From: Candidatus Undinarchaeota archaeon
GTDB lineage: Archaea; SpSt-1190; JASMDC01
Reading direction: 5' to 3'
Length of the DNA stretch: 64,000 nucleotides
Assembly (NCBI GenBank): GCA_964519305.1
Contig: CAZFHY010000003.1
Span: 98,211-162,210 of the forward strand
Below the pieces are notes generated by a model. That model had not been told where the DNA came from. It worked only from the letters and a program-made list of their open reading frames with translations, and made no database searches. Numbering within the stretch: the first letter of the stretch is position 1; every line of letters starts with the position of its first letter. Below, in pieces: positions 8,940 to 19,822 of the stretch. A program made the position numbers and the translations under genes.

Positions 8940-11900
8940 ATGGTGAGAACCCAATCTTGCGGGCGGATAAGAACGCTCCTAATTGTACTAGTCCTTCTGT
9001 TCGGTCTTTGTTCATCATGGGATTATGACTCGGGCTGGAGCGGTGAGTTCGGATCGCAGAACGGGAAGACACGTACGATCACCGGTTTCGGTACAAATCC
9101 GTCAAAGGTAGAGGTCCAGATGAAGCTGAGGGTGGACGTGACCGGCGGCAGCGGTGAATGGTACCGGGTCAAAGCGGACGGGACCGAGGTGTATTACACC
9201 GCTGGTAGTCTGTCGTCCTGTTCATGGGATCCCAGCCGATGTACCAGTAATTCCGTCAACTGCAAGTACGGTTCGGCCTTCACATTTGATGTGACCGAGG
9301 CGGCACAGGACGGTAGTGTTCTGCTAACGTTCGAGAATCCCAATTGCGTACGCATGAGCGGGGAGGACGCTTACGGTAAGATACGTGTCCTAGCTAATGC
9401 TCCAACTCCGACACCAGAACCCACTCCAACGCCAACACCTCCACCTGAGATTGAACCCACACCGACACCCACGCCTACTCCTACTCCTACTCCACCCCCC
9501 CCCATGCAACATCGATCTGGGTGGTACGCCCTATCACATCAATACAATAAACTGCATCTGCGAATTCCAGTGCGGAACGAACTGGAAATACCAGTCATAT
9601 ACTGAGGGCAGGAAGGACGTCGATGACATCTACAAGGGCTGCCCCATTCCCACAACCGACAACGTAGGAAACGATGAACCGTATCTGACGAGCGTACAGT
9701 GTCAGTACGTGACGCCAACACCGACGCCACTCCCACCGGGGCTCGTTGAGAGCCGTGGTGCTTCAGCAGATATCATGTGCGGGGAGGGCGAGGTGATGTG
9801 TGGCGCCCGTAACTCACCGAAGCATGTCTGGTTCCTACGCGACATCTGGTGCTGCGCTGCACCAGAGGGAACGACTGTAGGACAGCCCGGTGAACCTCTG
9901 GACGGGGCCAGCGGCATTCTCGAGTGCCCGTCGGGCTCGGTCCCGTGCGGCACGTACAGCGCACCCAACGAGGGATATGTAAACCGGGATGTTTGTGATT
10001 TTACTGAAGGTACGTGTGAGTATCCTCTGGACCAACTCTACTGCTGCCCGATGTCCGGGAAGGAACCGGGGGTACTGAGCGATGCAATGCAACCGTCGAC
10101 GAAGGGTGGTGATGTGAAATGTGCGGATGGTGAGATCGTTTGTGGCCTGCAGCATTACAGAAATGCGAATTATGTCCTGGATGCGATCCATTGTTGTCCG
10201 CTCGTCGATGCGGCTGAGGAAGAGGACGAGGGTGAGATTGAGGGGATCATCGTTGCCCAGAAGACAATGGTGCCGTCAGCCCCAACGTCGATGGAGAACT
10301 GGCAGATCATGAGTTATCTTATTCAACATGGGATCAATGCGGACGACGTCGAGGACATCGTGTTGCATGTAATACTATCAGGCGACCTGAGCGGCAGCTC
10401 TCCCCCCGTAGCCACGAACGTGGCCGAGCTGAACGAGTCGGTCTCGTACTGGATCGATGACGAGTTCATCGGGTATTTCGGTAACTGCTATTCTGAAACT
10501 CAAAAGGAATTGTCCTGTGAGAGCGGGGGCTGCTGCCAGTGTCCGGAGGTCAAGGTGTCTGTTCTGGAAAGCGCGCTCGATGACGAGCTCAAGGTACAGA
10601 TGAAGGGTACGAACGACATATCCGGAGATCCCTGCCAGCTCAGTGCTGCCTATCAGGCAGAGGTCATGCTCGTAGTGACGTTGGTTGAAGGCGCGGAAGT
10701 CGGAACAGGTACAGGGACCGGAACGGGGATCGGTTCAGGTACAGGCATGGGTACCGGTACGGGTACGGGTAGCGGGACTGGTGTACCAACAGGTCCGGAT
10801 GTCAGCCCATCGGAGTGCGCAGTGTTGTCGACTGGTATCTGGGATGAGACGAACGGTTGCTGTGATACCGACGACGCCTGGTGCGCTGATGATGGCTGGT
10901 ACTGTTACGACGGTCATCGATCCTTGTTCTCTGACCTCTCGGGCGGTGCATGTGCCTGTCTCTCCCCTGGGGGCGGTTGGGACACCACACGTATGTGCTG
11001 CGATGCGTGGGACTCGTGGCCGACAGACTGCCATCCCGAGGAACCAGAAGAGGACCCGGGCGCAGTGGACGCGTTCTTCGCATCCGGAGGGGGACATGCT
11101 GCGCTCCTTGATATGGACAAGCAGGCCAAGTCCATAATCGATAATATGCGGGATACTTACACGGTGGAGTACATTTTTGACGCTGGTGCTGACATCTCCG
11201 TGATCAACGCTTTCCGCGATCAGGCAGAGGACGAATACCATACGCTGGTCAGGGATGCTCTTCGTTCACGAGCTGATGAGCGGGTCAAGGATATACTGGA
11301 TACGCCCCTCTTCCAGCGCCCACCCGATCCGACAGCGGATATCGTCGCACTGGTGAACAACGGACCCACGGCCGAGGAGCTAGATAAGCTGCCTCGATAC
11401 ACAGAGAACCGTACCTATATGGCGGTCGTGCTCGCGCGTATCGATGCAGCGAGCGTCCCCATCACGATGAGTGTGATTGAGCAGCTCGGTGATGACTCGC
11501 TCGGTAACGAGGTACGGCGTCGCCTCATAACTCATACATGGTCCGTGTTCTCCCGAAGGCTCGATCATGATGCACGGATCTTCTCGCAGACTTGCACGCT
11601 GGACGATGAGCTCCGTGCGCTCGACGTCCAGGCTGATGTCGACCTGGTCGCGATGGAGTACACACGGGTCAACGACCTTCTCGTTCTCCTCGATGACGAT
11701 CCGGACGGTTCCTTGTGCGGCAACTGGTTCAACCGCGGCGGGTGCGGGCGGTGGAAGACGTACGCTGTCGAACCATACCCCGTTGACATACTTGCTTGGA
11801 CGTGCAACGAACCTGAGTGTACATGCCTATCCCCGGAATTCTCTATAAATGATGTGTATGGAATGGTGAAGGCGTTTCCGCAACCTCGATGGTACTCATT

Positions 11901-14900
11901 CCCCGAGGAGCGGGGGAAACATTGGATCGACAGCGACTCCCCGTCAACACAAAAGATCAACGTAGAATCGGATGGGTGTTTCTTCCTCCAGCTGACACAG
12001 GATCTGCCCCACGAGGATATCACACCTCTTGGTGAAGTGGGCGACTGCAGGAACGTGTACACAGCTGATGGATGCAGCAGTATCAAAGAGTATGAGGCCC
12101 CTGCAAGTGAACTCGTGGCCGAGGTCATGCCGTTCGATGAGAAAGACACAATGCTGCATGATCCTCCGTGGTGGGACGAGAGCTGGGCTTACCGTGTCCC
12201 CGTCACGATCACTAACCAACTGACGTATGATATCACTGATGTACAAGTTGCCCTATCGCTGGATACGTCAACTCTTACTGAATCGGGTAAGATACGCGCT
12301 GACTGTGGCGACATCCGAGTCATCGATTCGACGAACGCTGCAATACCAATCTGGGTAGGATCGGATTGTGGTGGGACTGCTACAAAGGTCTGGGTGAAGC
12401 TCGGTACGCTCCCAGCGTCGGGCAGCCTAACGCTCCATCTCTACTATGGGAACGATGGTGCCAGCTCTGTGAGCGACGGCCCGTCCGTCTTCGCCCTTTT
12501 CGATGACTTCGAGGACGGCAACATCGATGGCTGGACTCCTTCCCAGATTGGCCAAAGCACTCAGGATGGTGAGACATATCAAGCCTCTCCCATAGATATT
12601 AACGCGGGAGCAGGTTCATACAGTCTCTATCTCGAGACTCATTCAAGTTGTAGCGCCTCACCATGGAACGGCATCCATGCACTCGTCTCCAAGGATGTTA
12701 CGCTCACCGACGGATCATATGTGGTTGATCTACTCCGACGGGCATGGGGACACAGGAACCGTTTCTGCCCTACGGGGAATCCATCTTACATACCTCGCAC
12801 ATTCGTACGTCATGGCGACACGAACATATTCGCGACAACTGCCCTGTACGCAGGTAATGAGTGCGTCGAGGTGGACACCGATTGGGGTGACGTGACCACT
12901 GATCCTTTCGAGGTAACGGGTGGGACCGCCACCATCCGTCTTGTCACTTATTCGTGGGACTGCGAGAACGGCAAGGGGTGGTTCGACAACGTGCGCGTCC
13001 GCCGGAGCGTGGATCCCGCGCCCTCGGTCGCTCTTGACGATGAGGTGCCGTTCGATCCGGAGGCCAGCAACTGGGTAGTCTCTAAAGCACCCTTCGACGA
13101 GACTATAGAGATCCCCGGACAGACCGGCGGTTTCGGAAAGGCCTTGGACTTTGACGGGACCGACGATTCCGTAGAGATATCTGATAACTCGGCCTTGCGC
13201 GTCACCCCTCCCATCACCGTTGAGGCCTGGATTAAGGCGGACAACTGGGAGGCCGAGGTCTATGAGGGCATCATTGTGGATAAGCATAATTGGCAAGGGA
13301 TCGGGGGTTATGGCGGATATGTGCTCAGGACCGGCGAGAACGGAAAGCTCAGTTTCAACTTCGGTGCATGCGGTGGAACCTGGCCTTCTGCTACGTCAGC
13401 TGGAGGTATGCAGATCGGACAATGGTACCATGTAGCAGGTACTCACGACGGCTCCACTATCAGGCTGTATATTAATGGAGAGGACGCAGGTTCCACTTCA
13501 ACATCGAAAGCAATATGTGGTACGACCGATCCTCTTACTATCGGTAGAGGTAGTTTCTGGAACGACCGACTGTTCGATGGGCAGATCGATGACGTGCGTA
13601 TCTGGAAGACCGCGCTGAGCAAAGCGACCCTCCAGGAGTGGATGTCCAAGACCGTCGATGAAGCACACCCTGACTACAACAACCTCGTTGTCTACTACCA
13701 GTTCGACGAGGTGTCCGGTACTACGGCCAACGATGGTAAGAGCAATTTGGGGGGCACCCTCAAGGGTGGCGTGAACCGTGTCCCGTCGACAATACCTGTC
13801 GATGAGACGACCCAGTTCGTAGGTCCGGACCTCACTGAGCTCCTTCCCGGATTTAAATGGGCGCTCGGGCTGGACGGTGTGGACGACCACGTCAAGATTC
13901 CACATAACAGCGACTTTAATGTCCCAGATATTTCAGTGGAGGCGTGGGTTAATTTACCTGATGGGCCTATCCCCAACAACGGGAAGGTTGTTGCCAAGAG
14001 CGATGGTATTAACGCAAATTCCGACAGATCGTTCGTGATACGGATCATTTCTGACAGAAGGGTGCATGTGGCTGTATTCCAATCCACTGGAGGCTATAAA
14101 GCCAAGACTACGAGCACTAAGCTGAAAGCCAACACTTGGCACCACCTTGCTTTCACGGCAGTGGGCGGAAAACTGACCATCTACATCGATGGTGAGGTGG
14201 AAGAGAAGCTGACGTACGATGGCTCGATCCGCGAATCCAGCGAGCCGGTGTATATCGGGAGGAGCGGCTATTCGAGTGGGAAGCATTACAAAGGTCAGGT
14301 CGACGAGGTCCGGATCTGGGGGACAGGGCTCTCACAAGAGACCCTCAAGGCTTGGCAATATCGTGTTGTGGATGCGACACATCCGAACAAGGATGACCTG
14401 ATTGCGTATTATCAGTTCGATGAGGGCACGTTCGCGATGATACGTGACAATTCAGGTAACGGTCACGATGGTACACTCAAGAACGTAGAGAACACCGATC
14501 GTCCAACCTCGGACGTGCCTTATGACATGGACGGGGACGGCGAGCCCGATCCGGTTCCCCTCGGGGGATTCGGGACCGCACTGGCGTTCGATGGGGTGGA
14601 CGAGTACGTGGCCGTTCCCTCAAAAGCAAACGTCAACTTCGCGGGAAGCGACGACATAACCCTTGAGGCCTGGATATTCAACGAAGGCGGAGGTATCGAC
14701 TCCCATATCATAGGCAAACGATTCAATGGCAGATGTGGCCTCTCTATCGCATTTACTGTTGATCCCAATCGAAAACTAGGATTCGGGATGGACAGTTTCT
14801 CTTGTTGGCCTTATTGTGCTGGAGCCCGTCAGGGGTATTGCTGGAGCTGGATCAAGTCCTTAAGCGAGGTCCCTGACCTACGCTGGACCCACGTGGCCAT

Positions 14901-17610
14901 GACCAAGAGCGGCAAGACCATCAGACTCTTCATTAATGGGGCGCTCGATGGCGAGGGCGAAATCTATCAGGAGGCCTTTAATGCGGAATCAGCACCCACG
15001 GAACTGAGGATCGGTCGGTCGCGCGGCGAGCATCCCCAAGATTTCGTCAATTACTTCCTTGGCAAGATCGATGAGGTCCGCATCTGGGACACGGCCCTTA
15101 GCGGGGGCACCATACATGAGTGGATGTACAAGACGGTCAACGAGGACCATCCCCAGTACGCGAACCTTGTTGCTTATTATCCGTTCGATGAGAGCGAGGG
15201 CACTACTGCTACGGACATGGCAGGTGGTGACAATGACGCCTCACTCATAAACATGGAGGTGGGTCCCGAACTAGTCGAAGTCGCCTCTGACGTGTGTGGC
15301 GATGGATTGAGAGGGACCGCATTCCGTGACAGGAACCTGGACCAGGTCAATGACGAGGTGTGCGAACCGCCTGCAAGGGACGGATGCTGGTGTTTGGAAT
15401 CAGATTGTTGCTGCTGCTATGCGACCCATCACGATCACGACCTTGGTGCCGTGTTCACACCTGATCAGCTCGTGGTCCAGTTCGCATCAAATTTCCAGAG
15501 CCCTGGGAAACGGGCGGAGGTCTCGGTCTCCGAGACAGGATCGAGCTGGATAGCGATTGGCGAAACGAAGCTCGGTTACAAGTACAATCCATCGAACACG
15601 ACTTTCAACGTAAAAGGCCAAGCCTTCAGATACGTCCGTGTCAAGGCAACGGAAGGGTACAACGACGACTGGTCCGGTGTATGGGTGTATGAGTTCGCTC
15701 GCTTTGGGCCATACGATCTCGCCTTAAGTCGCGAAGCGACGACACTCGATACGCCGTCTATCTCTTGCGGTAACCTCCCATGCCGCTATACTTTCCATCC
15801 TGGAGCCGGTAACCTACAGGTCGCTATAGACCAGGAACTGAACGTTACCATCCGCAAGCTCGGTTCGTATAAACAGTTCGTCGAGCCTGCCGCCCAAGAC
15901 ATCGTCGCGAGCGCAGAAGAGGACCAGATTACTATCATCGAGAACCTCATAGCGACACTCACAGATGCTCCAGACGAACTCGGTATCGGTCAGGAGCTCC
16001 AGGATATCGCACAAGAGGCAGGAGACGTGCTCAACCAGAGCATCGAGGTCTCGTTCGCGAACGATGCGCTGTATTCTATCGGTGTAGACCTGAATATAAC
16101 TGGGCTCACTAACGAGACCCTTGAGGCCCTGGTGAACGGCACATGGCTCGCGCTCCAGCTCGATGTCGAGGGATCACAGGAGCTAATCTCCGACGCAGCC
16201 TCGCTTTCCGACCACGCGGATCGGACCATCCGTACAAGGGAGAACCTGCGCATCATCGCGGAACAAGCATTGGTGAAAGCGATACTCGAGAAGGCCACCG
16301 CATCGAACGAGGATCGTCTCGCGCTCGTACTCGGCGCCCGCAAGCTCGTCGAGGATGTCTATGCTAATGTTCTCGACTATGATGCGACGACCGAGCTACT
16401 CGCAAAGCTCGATCTCGCAATCGAAGAGCTGATAAAACCTGAACCGAACGAGGCCGTGGTCGAGGACACTCTACGGTTCGTACGCGAGAACCTCCCCGAG
16501 GTTAAGCACGTAGACATGACGGATATCCCCGTCCTCGGACTTGGACGTGGGGAGCTCGCGGCATCTGCACGTGCTGCAATGGGGCTCTCTTCCGGGATGT
16601 CCACGATGGTGGAAAGGATGCAGGGACTGGTTGGGGACACTTCGGTCAATGCTTCCGTTGATACATATCTCGTCAATGGTAAGCAGGTCTCGGTGTTCAC
16701 CATGTCCATCGAGAACGAGGGGGACAAGGAGCTCAAGGACGTGGGCATGCCACTCAAGATCGCGAAATGCCATCTTACTTGGTTCAATGACGCCAACTTC
16801 GACGAGAAGCCGTCGATGGTGCGACCCGATCCGCTCGTCCTCTGGAACCTCGGCAATCTCAGACCAAAGCAGAAGACTGAGCTCAAGTTCTCAACGACAC
16901 GGGTATTCTGCTCGGACGGCTCCACGTGCACCGGAGGCACATTCTGCGCTGACATATGCCTCACCTTGGGGCAGTGCGCGACGTCCTGCCAGGTATGCGG
17001 TCAGGCGTGCGACTCCGATCCCGAAAAGGACGAGATGTGCTCGAGCGAAGGTCAGTGCGTACAGAGGGGAGCGAAGCTAAGGAACGAGCGCTGTGGATGC
17101 GATGCCGAGTGCGAGACCGACAACTGTGTCCGCCAGGTATGCTGTGAGAAGAACGAGTTCGCAGACGCTTCGGGACAGTGCACCGATGTCGTGAACATGA
17201 TGAACATGGAAGTGGAAGCGCTCTCGATGGTGCTCAATGATGAACGCGTGGTCCCCATCCACCTCATCAATCCCCTCAGTCGGCTTGCAGATGTGGAAAT
17301 CTCTATTGTGGATGGAGGGGCGTTCGCTGAACTGTCGAAGCGGAAGGTCGCTCTAGGTCCGGGCGAGAAGCAGCTGATCGGGCTCCGTGTACAGGCCCTT
17401 CAGGCAGGTGACCATTCCGTAGTGCTCGATCTGAGCAGTACTGAAGGGATACGTGAATCCCTGTCGATATCTGTACAAGTGCTCACGGACGCCGAAGCGA
17501 TGGGCATCGAGATGCGCACAGCACCAGGTCCCGGTCTTCCCCTGCTTGTCCTGCTCGCGACGGTCTGTGCCCTATGGACGTCCACCGGACGTCGGCGTGA
17601 GAGTGACTGA
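8940..17610 (+). CDS. Giant (~2,890 aa) secreted surface protein/adhesin split into two ORFs by a 1-nt frameshift: signal peptide, PT linker, Cys-rich repeats, DUF2341-like domain, three LamG domains, discoidin-like domain, C-terminal PGF-CTERM-like anchor
   Basis: ORF 8940..9605 has the signal peptide and PT linker; ORF 9397..17610 continues after the C9 tract. PPWWDESWAYRVPVTITN..DCGDIRV (~12160); three ALxFDGxDD..VEAW..WxHVA..GxIDEVRIW units (~13135-15250); C-terminus APGPGLPLLVLLATVCALWTSTGRRR. Confidence 0.8.
9400..9503 (+). repeat. Pro-Thr linker repeat ending in a C9 homopolymer (9495..9503) at the frameshift
   Basis: PTPTPEPTPTPTPPPEIEPTPTPTPTPTPTPPPP; sequence tccaCCCCCCCCCatgcaac. 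Confidence 0.9.
10699..10795 (+). repeat. Gly-Thr low-complexity linker in the giant protein
   Basis: GTGTGTGTGIGSGTGMGTGTGTGSGTG with varied codons. Confidence 0.85.
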
Positions 17611-17621
17611 GAGGAACGACC

Positions 17622-18209
17622 ATGACGTCCAGAGCTGAGACAGGTGTGGGTTGGGGTGGTCAGAAGACCGCGATAGGGACACAGCCCATGCTCTCCTACC
17701 CACAGCCCACGTACTATGGCAACAATCTGGCACAGCAACAATCCAACGAACAGGTCACGTGGTCACCACCTGAGGAGGAGGAGAGCAGTGGTCTGAGCGC
17801 TGGAAAGGTCCTCCTGTTGCTCATCATACTTGTAGGGATAGTGGGTCTTGTCGTCTGGCGGAGCGGGTTCGTCCCAACACCGACATCGAGCGCTGGGCGA
17901 TCCGGTACTGCTAAGGGGGCTCATGCCATCGAGGCGACGCTGAACAAGAACTCATTCGTTATCGGGGATACCGTCGTTATGCAGGGTATGCGTATCGGAG
18001 CTGCACCAGGTGAAGATGAGACTATACGAAGTCTGTGCGAGTGGCGCGATCTGGGGCGAGGTACGTCAGAGAGCACGGACGCGGCCGTGGACGATTTCGG
18101 GATGTTCTCTCACAAGTTCTCGCCACGGCACCCGGGCCAGTACGAGGTCGGCCTCTACGTGGGGGGTTCGGCGACCCCACAGACAACGCTCACCTTCTCC
18201 GTCAGTTAG
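17622..18209 (+). CDS. Single-pass membrane protein with C-terminal Ig-like beta domain
   Basis: Disordered N-terminus, TM VLLLLIILVGIVGLVVW, C-terminal PGQYEVGLY..TLTFSVS; starts 11 nt after the giant gene. Confidence 0.65.
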   Translation: MTSRAETGVGWGGQKTAIGTQPMLSYPQPTYYGNNLAQQQSNEQVTWSPPEEEESSGLSAGKVLLLLIILVGIVGLVVWRSGFVPTPTSSAGRSGTAKGAHAIEATLNKNSFVIGDTVVMQGMRIGAAPGEDETIRSLCEWRDLGRGTSESTDAAVDDFGMFSHKFSPRHPGQYEVGLYVGGSATPQTTLTFSVS

Positions 18210-18302
18210 TCTTGATATGGCTCTGTGCGCCCCGGTGACAGGGGGCAGGCCAATCGGTTCCGCTTAAAAATCTACGTCAGACGTCCGGAGCGAGGGACGG
18301 AT

Positions 18303-19790
18303 ATGTCTCAGAAAAGCTTCACGCTATCGGGTGTGCTCCCTGCGCTCGTCACCCCTTTCGATAAGGAGGAGAACCTTGACGAACCAGCGTACCGCACACT
18401 GATCTCGCATCTAATCGACCAGGGGGTCACCGGAGTGGTCCCAATGGGCACTACCGGCGAGTTCTCCAATATGACGCTGGAAGAACGCCAGCGTGCCGTG
18501 GAGGTGTGCATCGACGAGGTGAACGGTCGTGTTCCGGTCGTCGCCGGTATCGGTGACAGTGCCACAAAGCACGTCATTGCGGGAGGTCTTCACGCCAAGG
18601 ACGCAGGGGCGGACGCCGTCATCATCGTCACACCTTATTACCTCAAACCCGGGGCCAAGGGGCTCTACGAGCATTACGACACCATCGCCAGCAAGCTCGA
18701 GATGCCCATCGTGCTCTATAACATCCCCGTGTGCACGGGGCTCAACCTCCCCTGGCAGGTCGTAGAGGACCTGGCCGACATCGACAACATCGTGGCCATC
18801 AAGGACTCGTCAGGTGACATGAAGTATTTCATGTCCCTCCTTGAGAAGGTGGGCGACACACTCTCAGTGATGATCGGCTGGGACGAACTGGTCCAGCCCG
18901 CCCTTGCCGCTGGCGCTCACGGTATGATCCTTGCCTCTGCCAACGTCATCCCGGACATGTGGCTCCAGGTCTACGATCATATGAAGGAAGGACGCATCGA
19001 AGAGGCCATCGCCATCCAGCGCCAGGTCCAGAAGTTCACACGCATCATCGTGGCCAGTGGCGCTCTTGGTACCAAGTGCTGCGTGAACGACATGGGCGTC
19101 ATACCGTCGGCCAGGTGCCGCAAGCCCCTCATGCTCGGCGACACGCTCTCCTATGAGTTCCGTGACGAGCTGCGTGTCGAGCTGGAGAAGTTCGGTAAGA
19201 TCGAGAAGAAGGCTATCACCTTCGAGTTCTCGAAAGAGGAGCGTCTCGATTCCCGGTTCTTCAGTGTGGGTCTCACTCCCGAGACCATCAGCGGATTCGA
19301 TCTACGCATCGGCGAGGCGCTGGTGGGCGACGGGAACGAGGTAGCTCACATCGACATTCTCATCGGCAAGCGCGACGGACCGGTGGGCGAGGCCTATGCC
19401 CGTGCGCTCTCCAATCCCGTGAAGGGGTACGAGGTGCTCCAGGTCATCCTGGAGCCGAACATGGTCGTCAAGCCGAGCACTATCATGGTCCCCACGGTGC
19501 GTAACCAGAGCCTCCGCCACTCGAGCCTTGTGTACGGACCGGCCCAAGCGGCCATCGGCAAGGCCATCATGGACTCGGTGGAGAGCGGTATCCTGCCCGA
19601 AGTGGATGACCTGCTGATGATTGCTAACGTGTTCGTCCACCCGTCCGCCTCGCGGCGGAAGCGCATCCATATCAACAACTACAAGGCCATGCGCAACGCC
19701 ATCCGGCACGCGATGGAAGGCACACCCACGGTGGCCGATGCCCTCGAGCATGCACGCTCAGCGCGCCACCCGTTCAGGGACGAGATCTAG
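18303..19790 (+). CDS. Fusion of a DapA/NAL-family class I aldolase with a C-terminal formaldehyde-activating enzyme (Fae) domain
   Basis: N-terminal PALVTPF, GTTGEF, TPYY, LYNIP, IKDSSGD (Schiff-base Lys); C-terminal IGEALVGDGNEVAHIDILIG, VKPSTIMVPTV, GPAQAAIGKAI, VFVHP, NYKA, HPF typical of Fae. Confidence 0.9.
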   Translation: MSQKSFTLSGVLPALVTPFDKEENLDEPAYRTLISHLIDQGVTGVVPMGTTGEFSNMTLEERQRAVEVCIDEVNGRVPVVAGIGDSATKHVIAGGLHAKDAGADAVIIVTPYYLKPGAKGLYEHYDTIASKLEMPIVLYNIPVCTGLNLPWQVVEDLADIDNIVAIKDSSGDMKYFMSLLEKVGDTLSVMIGWDELVQPALAAGAHGMILASANVIPDMWLQVYDHMKEGRIEEAIAIQRQVQKFTRIIVASGALGTKCCVNDMGVIPSARCRKPLMLGDTLSYEFRDELRVELEKFGKIEKKAITFEFSKEERLDSRFFSVGLTPETISGFDLRIGEALVGDGNEVAHIDILIGKRDGPVGEAYARALSNPVKGYEVLQVILEPNMVVKPSTIMVPTVRNQSLRHSSLVYGPAQAAIGKAIMDSVESGILPEVDDLLMIANVFVHPSASRRKRIHINNYKAMRNAIRHAMEGTPTVADALEHARSARHPFRDEI

Positions 19791-19822
19791 GATATTCACG
19801 AATAGACAAAGAGGATGATACA

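Noticed and set aside
9397-9501. ORF-track start of the 2737-aa protein (MLQLRHQ..LLLLLLH)
   Set aside because: It is an out-of-frame reading of the PT linker; the real N-terminus is the signal peptide at 8940.
18303-19200. Plain dapA (lysine biosynthesis) annotation
   Set aside because: The Arg138-equivalent is Cys, there is no dapB/asd/lysC context, and the domain is fused to Fae.
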